Positions 28,369 through 37,400 of a DNA stretch of 64,000 bases are shown here, piece after piece (within the stretch, counting starts at the first letter, position 1; every line of letters starts with the position of its first letter). The notes beneath the pieces were generated by a model. The model was not told the DNA's origin and did not search any database. It was given only the letters and a program-made list of their open reading frames with translations. The DNA is taken from NCBI GenBank assembly GCA_000961725.1, contig LADS01000037.1, forward strand, positions 54,185 to 118,184, read 5' to 3'. The stretch comes from Desulfobulbaceae bacterium BRH_c16a. GTDB taxonomy: Bacteria; Desulfobacterota; Desulfobulbia; Desulfobulbales; Desulfocapsaceae. The translations under genes and the position numbers were made by a program.

Positions 28369-30954
28369 TCAGACGCCCGCCGGTAATAAGATTTTTGCGG
28401 CTCTCCGCCGCTGCAGAATCAAGACAAGCGCGAGCAGAAGCAGGGCCGGAATAAACATCCATTCCTTATTGGGCCGATCGGCAACCAGCTGGATGTTGAC
28501 GATTTCCTGATCAAAATCGATTCTTGCCTTTTCGGCCGCGCTTGAAAAGCCTACCATATCGACAATCACTTTCCCATCTTCATCACGTGTGGTAATGCCA
28601 AGACCGCGTAATTTTTCAGCTCCGGTCGGCTCATTGCCCACCTTCAGCATAACCGTCTTGAAGTATTCGCTCCCATCATCCTTTTCTCCTTTCAGGGTGA
28701 GCCGCAATCGTTCACCGTCGGGGAAGGTATCGAGTACCTCAACCAATTTTATTGCCGGCATTTCGGTGAGCGGCGGATACAGTCTGTCCCAGAAGTATCC
28801 GGGACGGAAAAGAGTGAAGGCGATCAACAACAGGGCTATGGTCTCCCACCATCGGCTTTTGGTCATGAACCAGCCCTGGGTTGCAGCGGCAAATGCCAGC
28901 ATCGCCACAACCGCACCAAAGACGACAATAGTCAGATGCAGCCAGCTGCCGATTCCGATCATCAATAATTCGTTATTAAAAATGAAGATAAAGGGCAGGA
29001 TTGCCGTCCGGATGTCATAGGCAAAGCCCTGAATACCTGTTCGAATCGGATCTCCGCCCGAAATCCCTGCCGCCGCAAAGGCGGCCAGCCCGACCGGTGG
29101 CGTATCGTCCGCCAGGATGCCGAAATAAAATACAAAAAGGTGTACGGCGATAAGCGGGACGATCAGTCCGCTCTGCGCCCCAAGACTGACGATAACAGGA
29201 GCCATCAGGGTCGCAACGACAATGTAATTGGCCGTTGTCGGCAGTCCCATGCCAAGGAGAAGACTGATGACGGCAGTAAACAAGAGAATCAACACCAGAT
29301 TGCCACCGGAAATAAACTCGACGAATTCGGTCATGACCAGACCAATTCCGGTGAGGGTGACGGTGCCGACCACAATCCCCGCGGCAGCCGTTGCCACGCC
29401 GATACCAATCATGTTTCTCCCGCCCGAGACCATGCCGGAGATCATCTCGGTCAAGCCACGCTTCACACTGTATTCAGGCCCTTCGGCGCCCCGGAAAAAC
29501 CCTTTCAATGGATGCTGGGTGACCACGACGAACAGCAGCAGCATTGTTGCCCAAAAGGCCGACAGAGCAGGAGATAACCGCTCGACCGTGAGACACCACA
29601 TGAGCACCACGACGGGTAAAAGAAAATAGTAGCCGGCCTGAGCGGTAGGACCAAGGGCGGGCAGGACAGTGATATCCGTACTCAATTCCAGTTCCGGCAC
29701 CCGGCAGGCGAACCTGAGCAGAAAGAGATAGGCAACGAACAGAATCAGGCAGACGACCCAGATGGCATAATCTCCTGCAACCTTCTTGACCCAGCCGAGC
29801 CCATAATACGTGACCCCGCCGATGATGATCAGGCTCAGCACCACAATAACAAAGGTCATCAGGCTCCTGGTGAACGTCGTGGCCTTCAGCTTGGGCAAGC
29901 CCTTCAGACCCATTTTGCATGCTTCCAGATGAACAATGTACACAAGGGCGATATACGAAATGATGGCGGGTAAAAAGGCGTGCTTGATGACTTCGATATA
30001 GGAAATCCCGACGTATTCGACCATGAGAAAGGCCGCCGCCCCCATGACCGGCGGCGTCAGCTGGCCGTTGGTCGACGAGGCTACTTCCACAGCCCCCGCC
30101 TTCTCGGCGGAAAAACCGACTTTTTTCATGAGCGGGATAGTAAAGGTACCGGTGGTGACCACATTGGCGATAGACGAGCCGGAGACCAGACCGGTCATCG
30201 CCGAGGAAACAACTGCCGCCTTGGCCGGGCCGCCGCGCATATGGCCAAGACCAGCAAATGCCGTCCGAATGAAATAGTTGCCGGCACCGGCCGCCTCCAG
30301 CAGCGAACCAAAGAGGACAAACATGAACACCATTCCGGTCGAGACCCCGAGGGCCACGCCGTAGACTCCTTCGGTGGAAAGCCAGTAGTGGGACATGCCT
30401 TTCACCAGACTCGCCCCCTGATGGGCGATAACATCCGGCATTTGCGGACCGGCAAAGGTATACGTAATAAAAACCGCAGCCACCACCATCAGCGGCGGAC
30501 CAAGCGCCCTGCGGGTAGCCTCCAGCAGAAAAATGAGACCGGCTATAGCAACAATCAGATCAAGGTTGGTCGGCTTCCCCGGGCGGTTTGCCAGTTCGCT
30601 GTAGAAGAGAAAAATGTATCCGGCACAAAAAGCGGCAATGAAAGCGACAATCCAGTCCTGGACCGGAATATATCTTTTGGGCGAGGACTTGAAGGTCGGG
30701 AAGGCGGTGTAGGCAAGAAAGACGGCGAATGCAAGGTGGATAGATCGTGCCTCGGTGTCGTTCAAAACAATGACATTGAAAATAAAAGGAAGGGGAGATG
30801 CATACCAGAGCTGAAAAAGAGTCCAGAACAGCGGCACGAAAAAAAGGACGGAACGGGAGATGGTTCCCTTGGGTTTTCGTCCCCCGGTTTCGACTAACGC
30901 AACCAGATCCTGCGCTTTTTCATGGCTTGACGGTTTCTCGGCTGGTTTGGTCAT
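28369..30954 (-). CDS. TRAP transporter 4TM/12TM fusion permease (TAXI type)
   Basis: RGGPAKAAVV, SGSSIANVVTTG, GQLTPPVMGAAAF, GMGLPTTANY, ADDTPPVG. Confidence 0.95.
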   Translation of the reverse strand: MTKPAEKPSSHEKAQDLVALVETGGRKPKGTISRSVLFFVPLFWTLFQLWYASPLPFIFNVIVLNDTEARSIHLAFAVFLAYTAFPTFKSSPKRYIPVQDWIVAFIAAFCAGYIFLFYSELANRPGKPTNLDLIVAIAGLIFLLEATRRALGPPLMVVAAVFITYTFAGPQMPDVIAHQGASLVKGMSHYWLSTEGVYGVALGVSTGMVFMFVLFGSLLEAAGAGNYFIRTAFAGLGHMRGGPAKAAVVSSAMTGLVSGSSIANVVTTGTFTIPLMKKVGFSAEKAGAVEVASSTNGQLTPPVMGAAAFLMVEYVGISYIEVIKHAFLPAIISYIALVYIVHLEACKMGLKGLPKLKATTFTRSLMTFVIVVLSLIIIGGVTYYGLGWVKKVAGDYAIWVVCLILFVAYLFLLRFACRVPELELSTDITVLPALGPTAQAGYYFLLPVVVLMWCLTVERLSPALSAFWATMLLLFVVVTQHPLKGFFRGAEGPEYSVKRGLTEMISGMVSGGRNMIGIGVATAAAGIVVGTVTLTGIGLVMTEFVEFISGGNLVLILLFTAVISLLLGMGLPTTANYIVVATLMAPVIVSLGAQSGLIVPLIAVHLFVFYFGILADDTPPVGLAAFAAAGISGGDPIRTGIQGFAYDIRTAILPFIFIFNNELLMIGIGSWLHLTIVVFGAVVAMLAFAAATQGWFMTKSRWWETIALLLIAFTLFRPGYFWDRLYPPLTEMPAIKLVEVLDTFPDGERLRLTLKGEKDDGSEYFKTVMLKVGNEPTGAEKLRGLGITTRDEDGKVIVDMVGFSSAAEKARIDFDQEIVNIQLVADRPNKEWMFIPALLLLALVLILQRRRAAKILLPAGV

Positions 30955-31448
30955 GTTAAAAGTTCCCCCCATTCAAGTTTGAAATTTAGTTGCCGCGCTC
31001 TTCCATGACAGTAACCGTTCACCGGGAATAGCAAAATGCTCGCATAACCCTAAACCTGTAAACGTTTAGCAGTGCTCCAGAGGTGCACAAGCAGGCGGAC
31101 GGGCTATAGTTGGCCTATGCACGGCGGCCTGATCGTGCGCATATGGGGTGCTGATGAACGTTTACCCATGACACAATAAATAGATTGCTAAGTCAAGGCA
31201 TTTTCCTCCTTTTTTATGGTAATTTCTCCGGAGTATCAAGCTGTTGCAGTCATTTTCCCGATCGATTTTCTTCAATTTTCAGCCCATCGACTCGCCTCCT
31301 CACCGGTTTGTCGCCGAAGATCGTTACCTTTCAGCAAAATTATGCTTACTTTTCTAACCATAGCCAAAAGACGGCCGCTATGGTACATTGCCCGGATGTT
31401 GAATGGGCGCTGTTGCGTCAGATCACCGTTATTTATGATAAAATTACA

Positions 31449-31958
31449 ATGAGTATTCAGAAGATATACCAATACCCGGACCCGGTTTTACGAAAAGAGA
31501 CAGAAAGAGTTGCCACCTTCGACGAGAGTCTTGCCAGGTTGGTTGAAGATATGGCGGAAACCATGTACGATGCCCCGGGTGTCGGCCTTGCCGCCCCGCA
31601 GATCGGTCAATCGATCAAGTTGATTGTTGTCGATACTCACGGGGACAGCGAGGGAGAACGGCGGTTTATGCCTCTGGTCAATCCGGAGATAGTCGCCCAT
31701 GAGGGCACCCAGTTCGATGAGGAAGGGTGTCTCAGTGTTCCCGACCTCACCGCCAGTGTAAAACGCCATAAGAGAATTACCGTCGCTTTCCAGGACCTGC
31801 AGGGACAGACTCACGAGTTGTCGACCGAGGATCGTTTTGCCGTAGTGCTGCAGCATGAAATCGATCACCTGAACGGCATTCTCTTCATTGACCACCTCAG
31901 CCCCTTGAAGAGGAGCCTGTACAAGAAGAAAGTCAAAAAATGGATGGTCGAAACTTAG
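31449..31958 (+). CDS. def: Peptide deformylase
   Basis: YPDPVLRK, GVGLAAPQIG, EGCLSVP, QHEIDHLNG. Confidence 0.97.
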   Translation: MSIQKIYQYPDPVLRKETERVATFDESLARLVEDMAETMYDAPGVGLAAPQIGQSIKLIVVDTHGDSEGERRFMPLVNPEIVAHEGTQFDEEGCLSVPDLTASVKRHKRITVAFQDLQGQTHELSTEDRFAVVLQHEIDHLNGILFIDHLSPLKRSLYKKKVKKWMVET

Positions 31959-31967
31959 GAGCCTGAT

Positions 31968-32924
31968 ATGACGACCGGACCGCTTCGCATTATCTTCATG
32001 GGAACCCCCGATTTTGCCACGGCGATCCTGAGGTCGCTTATCGACGGCCCCGATAAAGTTGTCGCGGTTGTCACCCAGCCGGACAAGGCAAAAGGCCGGG
32101 GCAAGAAAGTGACTCCGCCGCCGGTCAAAGTGTTCGCCGAAACGCTTGACCTTCCGGTACTTCAACCGGTGAAGATCAAGACCGAGGAGTTTCGCAACGG
32201 CCTGCTCAGCTATCATCCGGATCTGATCGTCGTTGCCGCATATGGTCGGATTCTGCCGCAGTCGCTCCTTGACCTTGCCCCTTTCGGCTGCATTAATGTT
32301 CACGGTTCGCTGTTGCCGGGATACCGAGGGGCGGCGCCGATTCAATGGGCTTTAATCAAAGGTGAAAAGGAAGTGGGCGTTACCATTATTCAAATGGACG
32401 CGGGCATGGATACCGGAGATGTGCTGCTGAAAGCCAGGATTCAGGCAGCGCCGGACGAAACCGCCGGCAGTCTTTTTGAAAAACTGGCGGTACTTGGCGG
32501 CGAAACCCTCTTGAAGGCGATCAAGGGATTGAAAGAAGGGAGCATTATTCCCGTTCCCCAGGACCATTACCACGCAACCTTAGCCCCGATGCTGAAAAAA
32601 GACGATGGGCTTATTGACTGGAATAAAGATGCCGGGGAAATCGATTGCCTCATCCGGGGTTCTGACCCCTGGCCGTCCGCCTACTGTTTTCTCGATGGTA
32701 CCCGCCTACGGCTTTTCCGTCCCGAAGTGGTGGGCCGGCCAAGCGACGCCCTGCCCGGCACGGTGCTCCGGGCCGACCGGCAGGGCATTCTCATTGCCTG
32801 TGGCAGAAATGCCCTGCTGATCCGGGAGATCCAGCCCGAAGGCAAAAAACGCATGCCGGTCGAGGCTTTCCTCTGCGGCTATCCACTGGCCGTCGGGACG
32901 ACCTTCTGCCAATCCAGTAATTAA
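31968..32924 (+). CDS. fmt: Methionyl-tRNA formyltransferase
   Basis: IIFMGTPDFA, VVTQPD, NVHGSLLPGYRGAAPIQ, DAGMDTG. Confidence 0.97.
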   Translation: MTTGPLRIIFMGTPDFATAILRSLIDGPDKVVAVVTQPDKAKGRGKKVTPPPVKVFAETLDLPVLQPVKIKTEEFRNGLLSYHPDLIVVAAYGRILPQSLLDLAPFGCINVHGSLLPGYRGAAPIQWALIKGEKEVGVTIIQMDAGMDTGDVLLKARIQAAPDETAGSLFEKLAVLGGETLLKAIKGLKEGSIIPVPQDHYHATLAPMLKKDDGLIDWNKDAGEIDCLIRGSDPWPSAYCFLDGTRLRLFRPEVVGRPSDALPGTVLRADRQGILIACGRNALLIREIQPEGKKRMPVEAFLCGYPLAVGTTFCQSSN

Positions 32925-32943
32925 CTCTTTCTCCCAAACCTCC

Positions 32944-34146
32944 GTGACAACACCTCCATTACCTCAACGTACAGCATACGCCGATTGCTTTTCCGGGGTC
33001 AGCGGCGACATGCTTCTCGGCGCCCTGCTCCATGCCGGCCTGGATCGGCAAGTCCTGACCGACGAACTTGCCAAGCTGCATCTGGAAGGCATGACTTTCG
33101 CGGTCGAGGAAAAAACAATCCATTCCATCGGCTGCATCAAGGTAGAAGTCAACAGCGACCGGCGCCAGGACCTCAGAACGCTTCCCGCTATCCTGCGGTT
33201 GCTTGAACACAGTTCCCTCGACCGGCCGGTTGTCGAGAGAGCGGCCGCCGTGTTCCGTGCTCTGGCCCTGGCGGAGGCGAAAATCCACGGTATTCCCGAG
33301 GATCGGGTACATTTCCACGAGGTGGGCGCTCTCGACACCATAGTCGACGTGGTCGGCACTGTCTTTGGCCTGCACCGGCTTGGCATCGGCCGGCTGATCT
33401 GCTCCCCGCTGCCCCTCGGCCATGGATTTGTAGAATGCGCCCATGGCCTGCTGCCCCTGCCGGCACCTGCCGTGTGCGAGCTGCTGAAGGGCGTGCCCAC
33501 CTACGGCGTCGACCTGACACAGGAACTTGTAACACCTACCGGCGCTGCGCTTATCGCAACGCTTGCCGACCAATTTGGCACACTGCCGCCAATGACTATC
33601 CAGGCCACAGGCTATGGCGCGGGCAGCCGGATACTCAGCAATAATCAACCGAATCTCCTTCGACTCATTATCGGCGAAACCTGTGAAGTCGATGAAAGCC
33701 AGACGGTTGAAGTCATCGAGACCAACATCGACGACTGGAGCCCGGAATCCTTCCCCCATCTCTGCGACCTGCTTTTTGCCGGAGGAGCCCTCGATGTTAC
33801 GCTTTCTTCAATCCTGATGAAAAAAGGCCGGCCCGGCTTCAGCCTGCAGGTAATCTGCACTCCGGCCTTTGCTCACTCCATGAAGGAAATCATCCTTTCC
33901 GAGACAACGGCCATCGGCCTGCGTTTCAGGAGGGAGAAACGACGAACCCTGCCGAGAGAAATCGTAACTGTCGCAACCAGATGGGGAGAAATCGCCGCTA
34001 AGAAGGTCCAAACCCCGGCCGGGGAAGTCATCTATCCTGAATATGAGGCCTGTCGGGAAATAGCGCTCCGCCATCGGGTGGCTCTGCCGGAAGTCTATAA
34101 TGAAGTGCGGTGCCACGAAGTACGGTGCCGGAGGAGCAATTCGTGA
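32944..34146 (+). CDS. larC: Nickel pincer cofactor biosynthesis protein LarC
   Basis: DCFSGVSGDMLLGAL, HFHEVGALD, HGLLPLPAPA, ELVTPTGAA, ETNIDD, MKKGRPG, PEYE. Confidence 0.95.
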   Translation: MTTPPLPQRTAYADCFSGVSGDMLLGALLHAGLDRQVLTDELAKLHLEGMTFAVEEKTIHSIGCIKVEVNSDRRQDLRTLPAILRLLEHSSLDRPVVERAAAVFRALALAEAKIHGIPEDRVHFHEVGALDTIVDVVGTVFGLHRLGIGRLICSPLPLGHGFVECAHGLLPLPAPAVCELLKGVPTYGVDLTQELVTPTGAALIATLADQFGTLPPMTIQATGYGAGSRILSNNQPNLLRLIIGETCEVDESQTVEVIETNIDDWSPESFPHLCDLLFAGGALDVTLSSILMKKGRPGFSLQVICTPAFAHSMKEIILSETTAIGLRFRREKRRTLPREIVTVATRWGEIAAKKVQTPAGEVIYPEYEACREIALRHRVALPEVYNEVRCHEVRCRRSNS

Positions 34147-34607
34147 ACCAACTGATAATGGCTCTGGCCACCGGGTTCTATGTCGGCAAAATAGCCAAAG
34201 CGCCGGGGACATGGGGATCGCTTGCCGCATTTTTGCCGTGGTTTTTCATGAAGGATTTGCCGCTGCCGACGTATCTGCTCCTCCTCGGGGCACTGTTCAT
34301 CCTCGGTTTTTTTATTTCCGGCTCGGCCGAGAAGATTCTCGACCGTCCGGACGCCGGCTGCATTGTCATCGATGAATTCCTGGGTATGTTCATTACCCTT
34401 ACCGCCGCCCCGGATCATCCCCTGGCCTGGCTCCTCGGTTTTCTGCTTTTTCGCGTTTTCGATATCGCCAAACCATTTCCGGTGTCCTGGTTTGACCAGA
34501 GGATCCACGGCGGCATAGGTATCATGATGGACGATGTCATTGCCGGAATATATGCTTTTATTTCACTCCACCTCATGTGGTCCGTAATCGAGCGGTTTGT
34601 TACCTGA
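34143..34607 (+). CDS. pgpA: Phosphatidylglycerophosphatase A
   Basis: APGTWGSL, IVIDEFLG, FRVFDIAKPFP, GIMMDDVIAG; GTG start after ggagg. Confidence 0.95.
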   Translation: MNQLIMALATGFYVGKIAKAPGTWGSLAAFLPWFFMKDLPLPTYLLLLGALFILGFFISGSAEKILDRPDAGCIVIDEFLGMFITLTAAPDHPLAWLLGFLLFRVFDIAKPFPVSWFDQRIHGGIGIMMDDVIAGIYAFISLHLMWSVIERFVT

Positions 34608-34648
34608 TGGAGATCTTTGTGCCGTTGACAACCCGTCAAAAAGACTGA

Positions 34649-35629
34649 TTATTTTTTCCCACCGCCGTTACCGCCACCGTTACCACCGCCACCGTTACCA
34701 CCGCCACCGCTGTTACCGCCTCCACTGTTACCGCTGTTACCGCTGTTACCACCTTTGCCGCCGCTGCCACTGCCTCCGCTGCCGCTACCACTGCCTCCGC
34801 TGCCGCTACCACTGCTTGAGCTGCCGGAACCGCTTCCTTGTCCACTGCCGGAAGAAGAGGAATTTCCTTTGCCCCCACCGCTCAAACCGGTTGCACCGGC
34901 GACATTGCCGCTCGGGCCTTTTTCACCTCTGGTTTTTGACGAACTTGCCACAGCGGTCCCGTCAAGCCCAGTGCCCGGGGTGTGTGAACCGGATTGCAGT
35001 CCCGCTCCATGTCCCTTCGCATTGCCGGTTTTTGGATTGCGGGCGGTAGCTTCGGCCAGCTCTGTATCGGTGACCACCTGTGCAGTCATCTCGGTGCCCG
35101 GACGATTCCTGTCTTTTTTCGAGTGACCCAGACCGAGTGCGCCGGGGTGCACGCCAAGTTCGTGGGCTATCTCACCCCAGCCCATGCCACTGGCCCGCAT
35201 ATCGGCAATTTCTGCACTGACAACCCCGGTCTTTTCGGCGAGCTTCTCCTTGTATGCAGTTTCCGCGAGTTCGAGAGCTTCCTCCGCCGCCAGCTTCTCT
35301 TCATCTGTTGCATTCTCTAAAGCCTCCTGCGCCGCCTGGTAAGCGCTCAATGCCTCTTTGACCCCCTCATTGTCAAGAGTCGTCTTTTCGGCCAACTGCG
35401 CGGCATGAGCTGCCTGTGCAGGATTGTCATAATAGCTTTCTTCCGCTTCAACCTCGGCTGTTTCAACAGTGACCGATGTTTCAGTCGAGGTTTCGGTTTC
35501 CTGCTCGGGATCGTCCACAAGAGCAGCTATGCCTACCTCCGCCTGAATGGCAAAGAATACTGAAACTATGCCGGCAAAGATGAGCACTGACAGCGGTTGC
35601 CCGGTTTTTCCTCTCTGTTCTTTGATCAT
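34649..35629 (-). CDS. Secreted hypothetical protein with Gly/Ser/Asn-rich tail
   Basis: Signal-like N-terminus, acidic helical region, MRASGMGWGEIAHELGVHPG motif, GGGN/GSGS tail ending GGKK. Confidence 0.75.
   Translation of the reverse strand: MIKEQRGKTGQPLSVLIFAGIVSVFFAIQAEVGIAALVDDPEQETETSTETSVTVETAEVEAEESYYDNPAQAAHAAQLAEKTTLDNEGVKEALSAYQAAQEALENATDEEKLAAEEALELAETAYKEKLAEKTGVVSAEIADMRASGMGWGEIAHELGVHPGALGLGHSKKDRNRPGTEMTAQVVTDTELAEATARNPKTGNAKGHGAGLQSGSHTPGTGLDGTAVASSSKTRGEKGPSGNVAGATGLSGGGKGNSSSSGSGQGSGSGSSSSGSGSGGSGSGSGGSGSGGKGGNSGNSGNSGGGNSGGGGNGGGGNGGGNGGGKK
34655..34830. repeat. Coding low-complexity tandem repeats (GGGN, GSGSGG)
   Basis: Visible ccgccaccgtta / ccgctgtta / ccgctgccgctaccactgcct iterations. 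Confidence 0.8.
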
Positions 35630-36750
35630 ATTGATTTTCTCCTGTTGGATTTTTCATAAGACCTGGTGAAAATGAGCAGGCTCGTCGTCAATTGCCGTTC
35701 CTGGCCGTTGGCATCGGTAAACGACTCCGCCACATCAAACCAGCTGCCCCTGACGGGGACGGCATGCCCATTGCCAAGATACTGTGTCAGTTGCTTCTGC
35801 AGGGCAATCGCCGAGGCCTTTGCCGCATTCCGATCGCCTTGATTATAGACCACCAGATGCAGTTCAGTCCCCGGCGCCCGGGAAAGAGCCCCGGCAAGAT
35901 GCATCAACTCCTGCCGGCGCGCCTTTACGTCCTGCGAAAGCAAGGCCGTCACATTCAAGACGACTCGACCGGGGCCGATGGGATAGCTGCGAAAAGTAAA
36001 ATTCCCCAACTGGTGCAGATGGCGTGTGGCCCGAAGCACCCACTTCCCTGTCCGGTGATAATCGAGATACCTGAGAAATGCCTGTTCCGCCCGGACGGGT
36101 TCCTCCAGCATCCTGTAGGCAAGAGCCCGGTTGTATAATGCACTCGACTCGACGGGGTTGACCTGCAGGACCTTTTCGTACTGCACCAGGGCCTCCTGGT
36201 ATTGCCCGCTTTCAAGGTAGTTGTGACCGAGATTGAGCAGTGCAGGCAGATAATCCGGCTGTTCCCGCATGGAAAAAAGGTAGCTTTGCCGCTCCTCTTC
36301 CGATTCCCCCAAGGCCTGGTAGGCGACCCCCTGCCAGAGAGCGAACTCAGCGGTCCCGGGATCCTGCTGCACCGCCTGCCGAAGGAAAGGCAGAGCCTGG
36401 TCTTCTCGGCCGGCAACCAGCAAGCCTCTGCCGATCAGATAGTTGGCCTCGGCAGTGCCGGCAAGGGCGGGCACTGCCCCGGCAATGATTTCGGCCTGTC
36501 GTTTCTGGCCGTTCATCATTCCCAGCCAGAAGGCACATACTGTGACAGTTACGGTCAAGGCCAGCCAGGCCGGAGAGAAGCTGACGGATTGCGGGCGCAC
36601 CCACCAGTTCCGCATGCGCTCGTAGAGAGACGGCCGGCGATCGTCTATGTTCGCCATGATCCTGGTGAGAAGCCACGGCGGCACCTCCCGTTCCCAGGTG
36701 TCTGCCAGGAGCCTTTCAAGCTCGTTTCTGTCAAAGTCCTTGTGTTCCAT
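35626..36750 (-). CDS. Putative membrane anti-sigma factor with periplasmic TPRs
   Basis: Overlaps the sigma stop; VPPWLLTRIMA anti-sigma-like N-terminus, one TM, TPR repeats, C-terminal domain paralogous to 37401..38441. Confidence 0.75.
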   Translation of the reverse strand: MEHKDFDRNELERLLADTWEREVPPWLLTRIMANIDDRRPSLYERMRNWWVRPQSVSFSPAWLALTVTVTVCAFWLGMMNGQKRQAEIIAGAVPALAGTAEANYLIGRGLLVAGREDQALPFLRQAVQQDPGTAEFALWQGVAYQALGESEEERQSYLFSMREQPDYLPALLNLGHNYLESGQYQEALVQYEKVLQVNPVESSALYNRALAYRMLEEPVRAEQAFLRYLDYHRTGKWVLRATRHLHQLGNFTFRSYPIGPGRVVLNVTALLSQDVKARRQELMHLAGALSRAPGTELHLVVYNQGDRNAAKASAIALQKQLTQYLGNGHAVPVRGSWFDVAESFTDANGQERQLTTSLLIFTRSYEKSNRRKSI

Positions 36751-37300
36751 CAAATCCTGCCTTCTGCAATTCCTGCTGCAGTTCATCGAGACCACGTTTG
36801 ATCCGCATCTTCACCGCGCTTTCCGAGAGCTTGAAGACAGACGCTGCTTCCCGAATGGAACGATCATGCCGATAGCGGAAAATCAGCAGTTCCCTTGTCT
36901 TCACCGGCAACACGGCAAGAGCCCGGTCGACAACTGCCTCTGTTTCCTTTGCCTCCATCAAGGTCTGCTGGTCCGCCGGAGACTCAGACAGGGTACTCTC
37001 TTGACCATATCCATCCATCTTGACCTTGTGCCTCGACCTCTTGCGGCTCCAGTCGTTGGCTTGATTGATCGCAAGAGCATACAGCCAGGGGAAAAAGCTG
37101 CTGCCTGACCGGAACGATCTTAAGCGGTCAAAGGTCCGGAGGAACACTTCCTGAGTGAGATCCGCCGCTTCTTCCGCATGAAGAGAATACCTGTACATCA
37201 GGTTATACACAGGACGCTGGTAACGCTGCACCAGCACCGCATAGAGCTCTTTCTCCCCGGCCAGGACCCCATCGACAACATCTTCATCTGAAAGGCTCAT
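36731..37300 (-). CDS. ECF RNA polymerase sigma factor
   Basis: LVQRYQRPVY, AADLTQEVFLR, FFPWLYALAIN, SIREAASVFKLSESAVKMRIKRG. Confidence 0.93.
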   Translation of the reverse strand: MSLSDEDVVDGVLAGEKELYAVLVQRYQRPVYNLMYRYSLHAEEAADLTQEVFLRTFDRLRSFRSGSSFFPWLYALAINQANDWSRKRSRHKVKMDGYGQESTLSESPADQQTLMEAKETEAVVDRALAVLPVKTRELLIFRYRHDRSIREAASVFKLSESAVKMRIKRGLDELQQELQKAGFDGTQGL

Positions 37301-37400
37301 GTGATCCGGGTTATTCCTTTATCTCAGTTCTGGACAGACACTCATTCACCAACAACAATCGTGGCTTTTAAAAAGATATACGCTCAGCAGGTTTAAAAAG

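Noticed and set aside
31078-31170. Lysine riboswitch (AGAGGUGC seen on the plus strand) or 6S RNA
   Set aside because: The other lysine-riboswitch motifs are absent, and the fold is multi-branched rather than a 6S-like rod; kept only as an unassigned candidate
31185-31448. N-terminal extension of def in the ORF track
   Set aside because: Def homology begins at MSIQKIYQYPDP (31449)
34655-34830. Short tandem repeats as a CRISPR array or VNTR
   Set aside because: No unique spacers; they encode the Gly-rich tail
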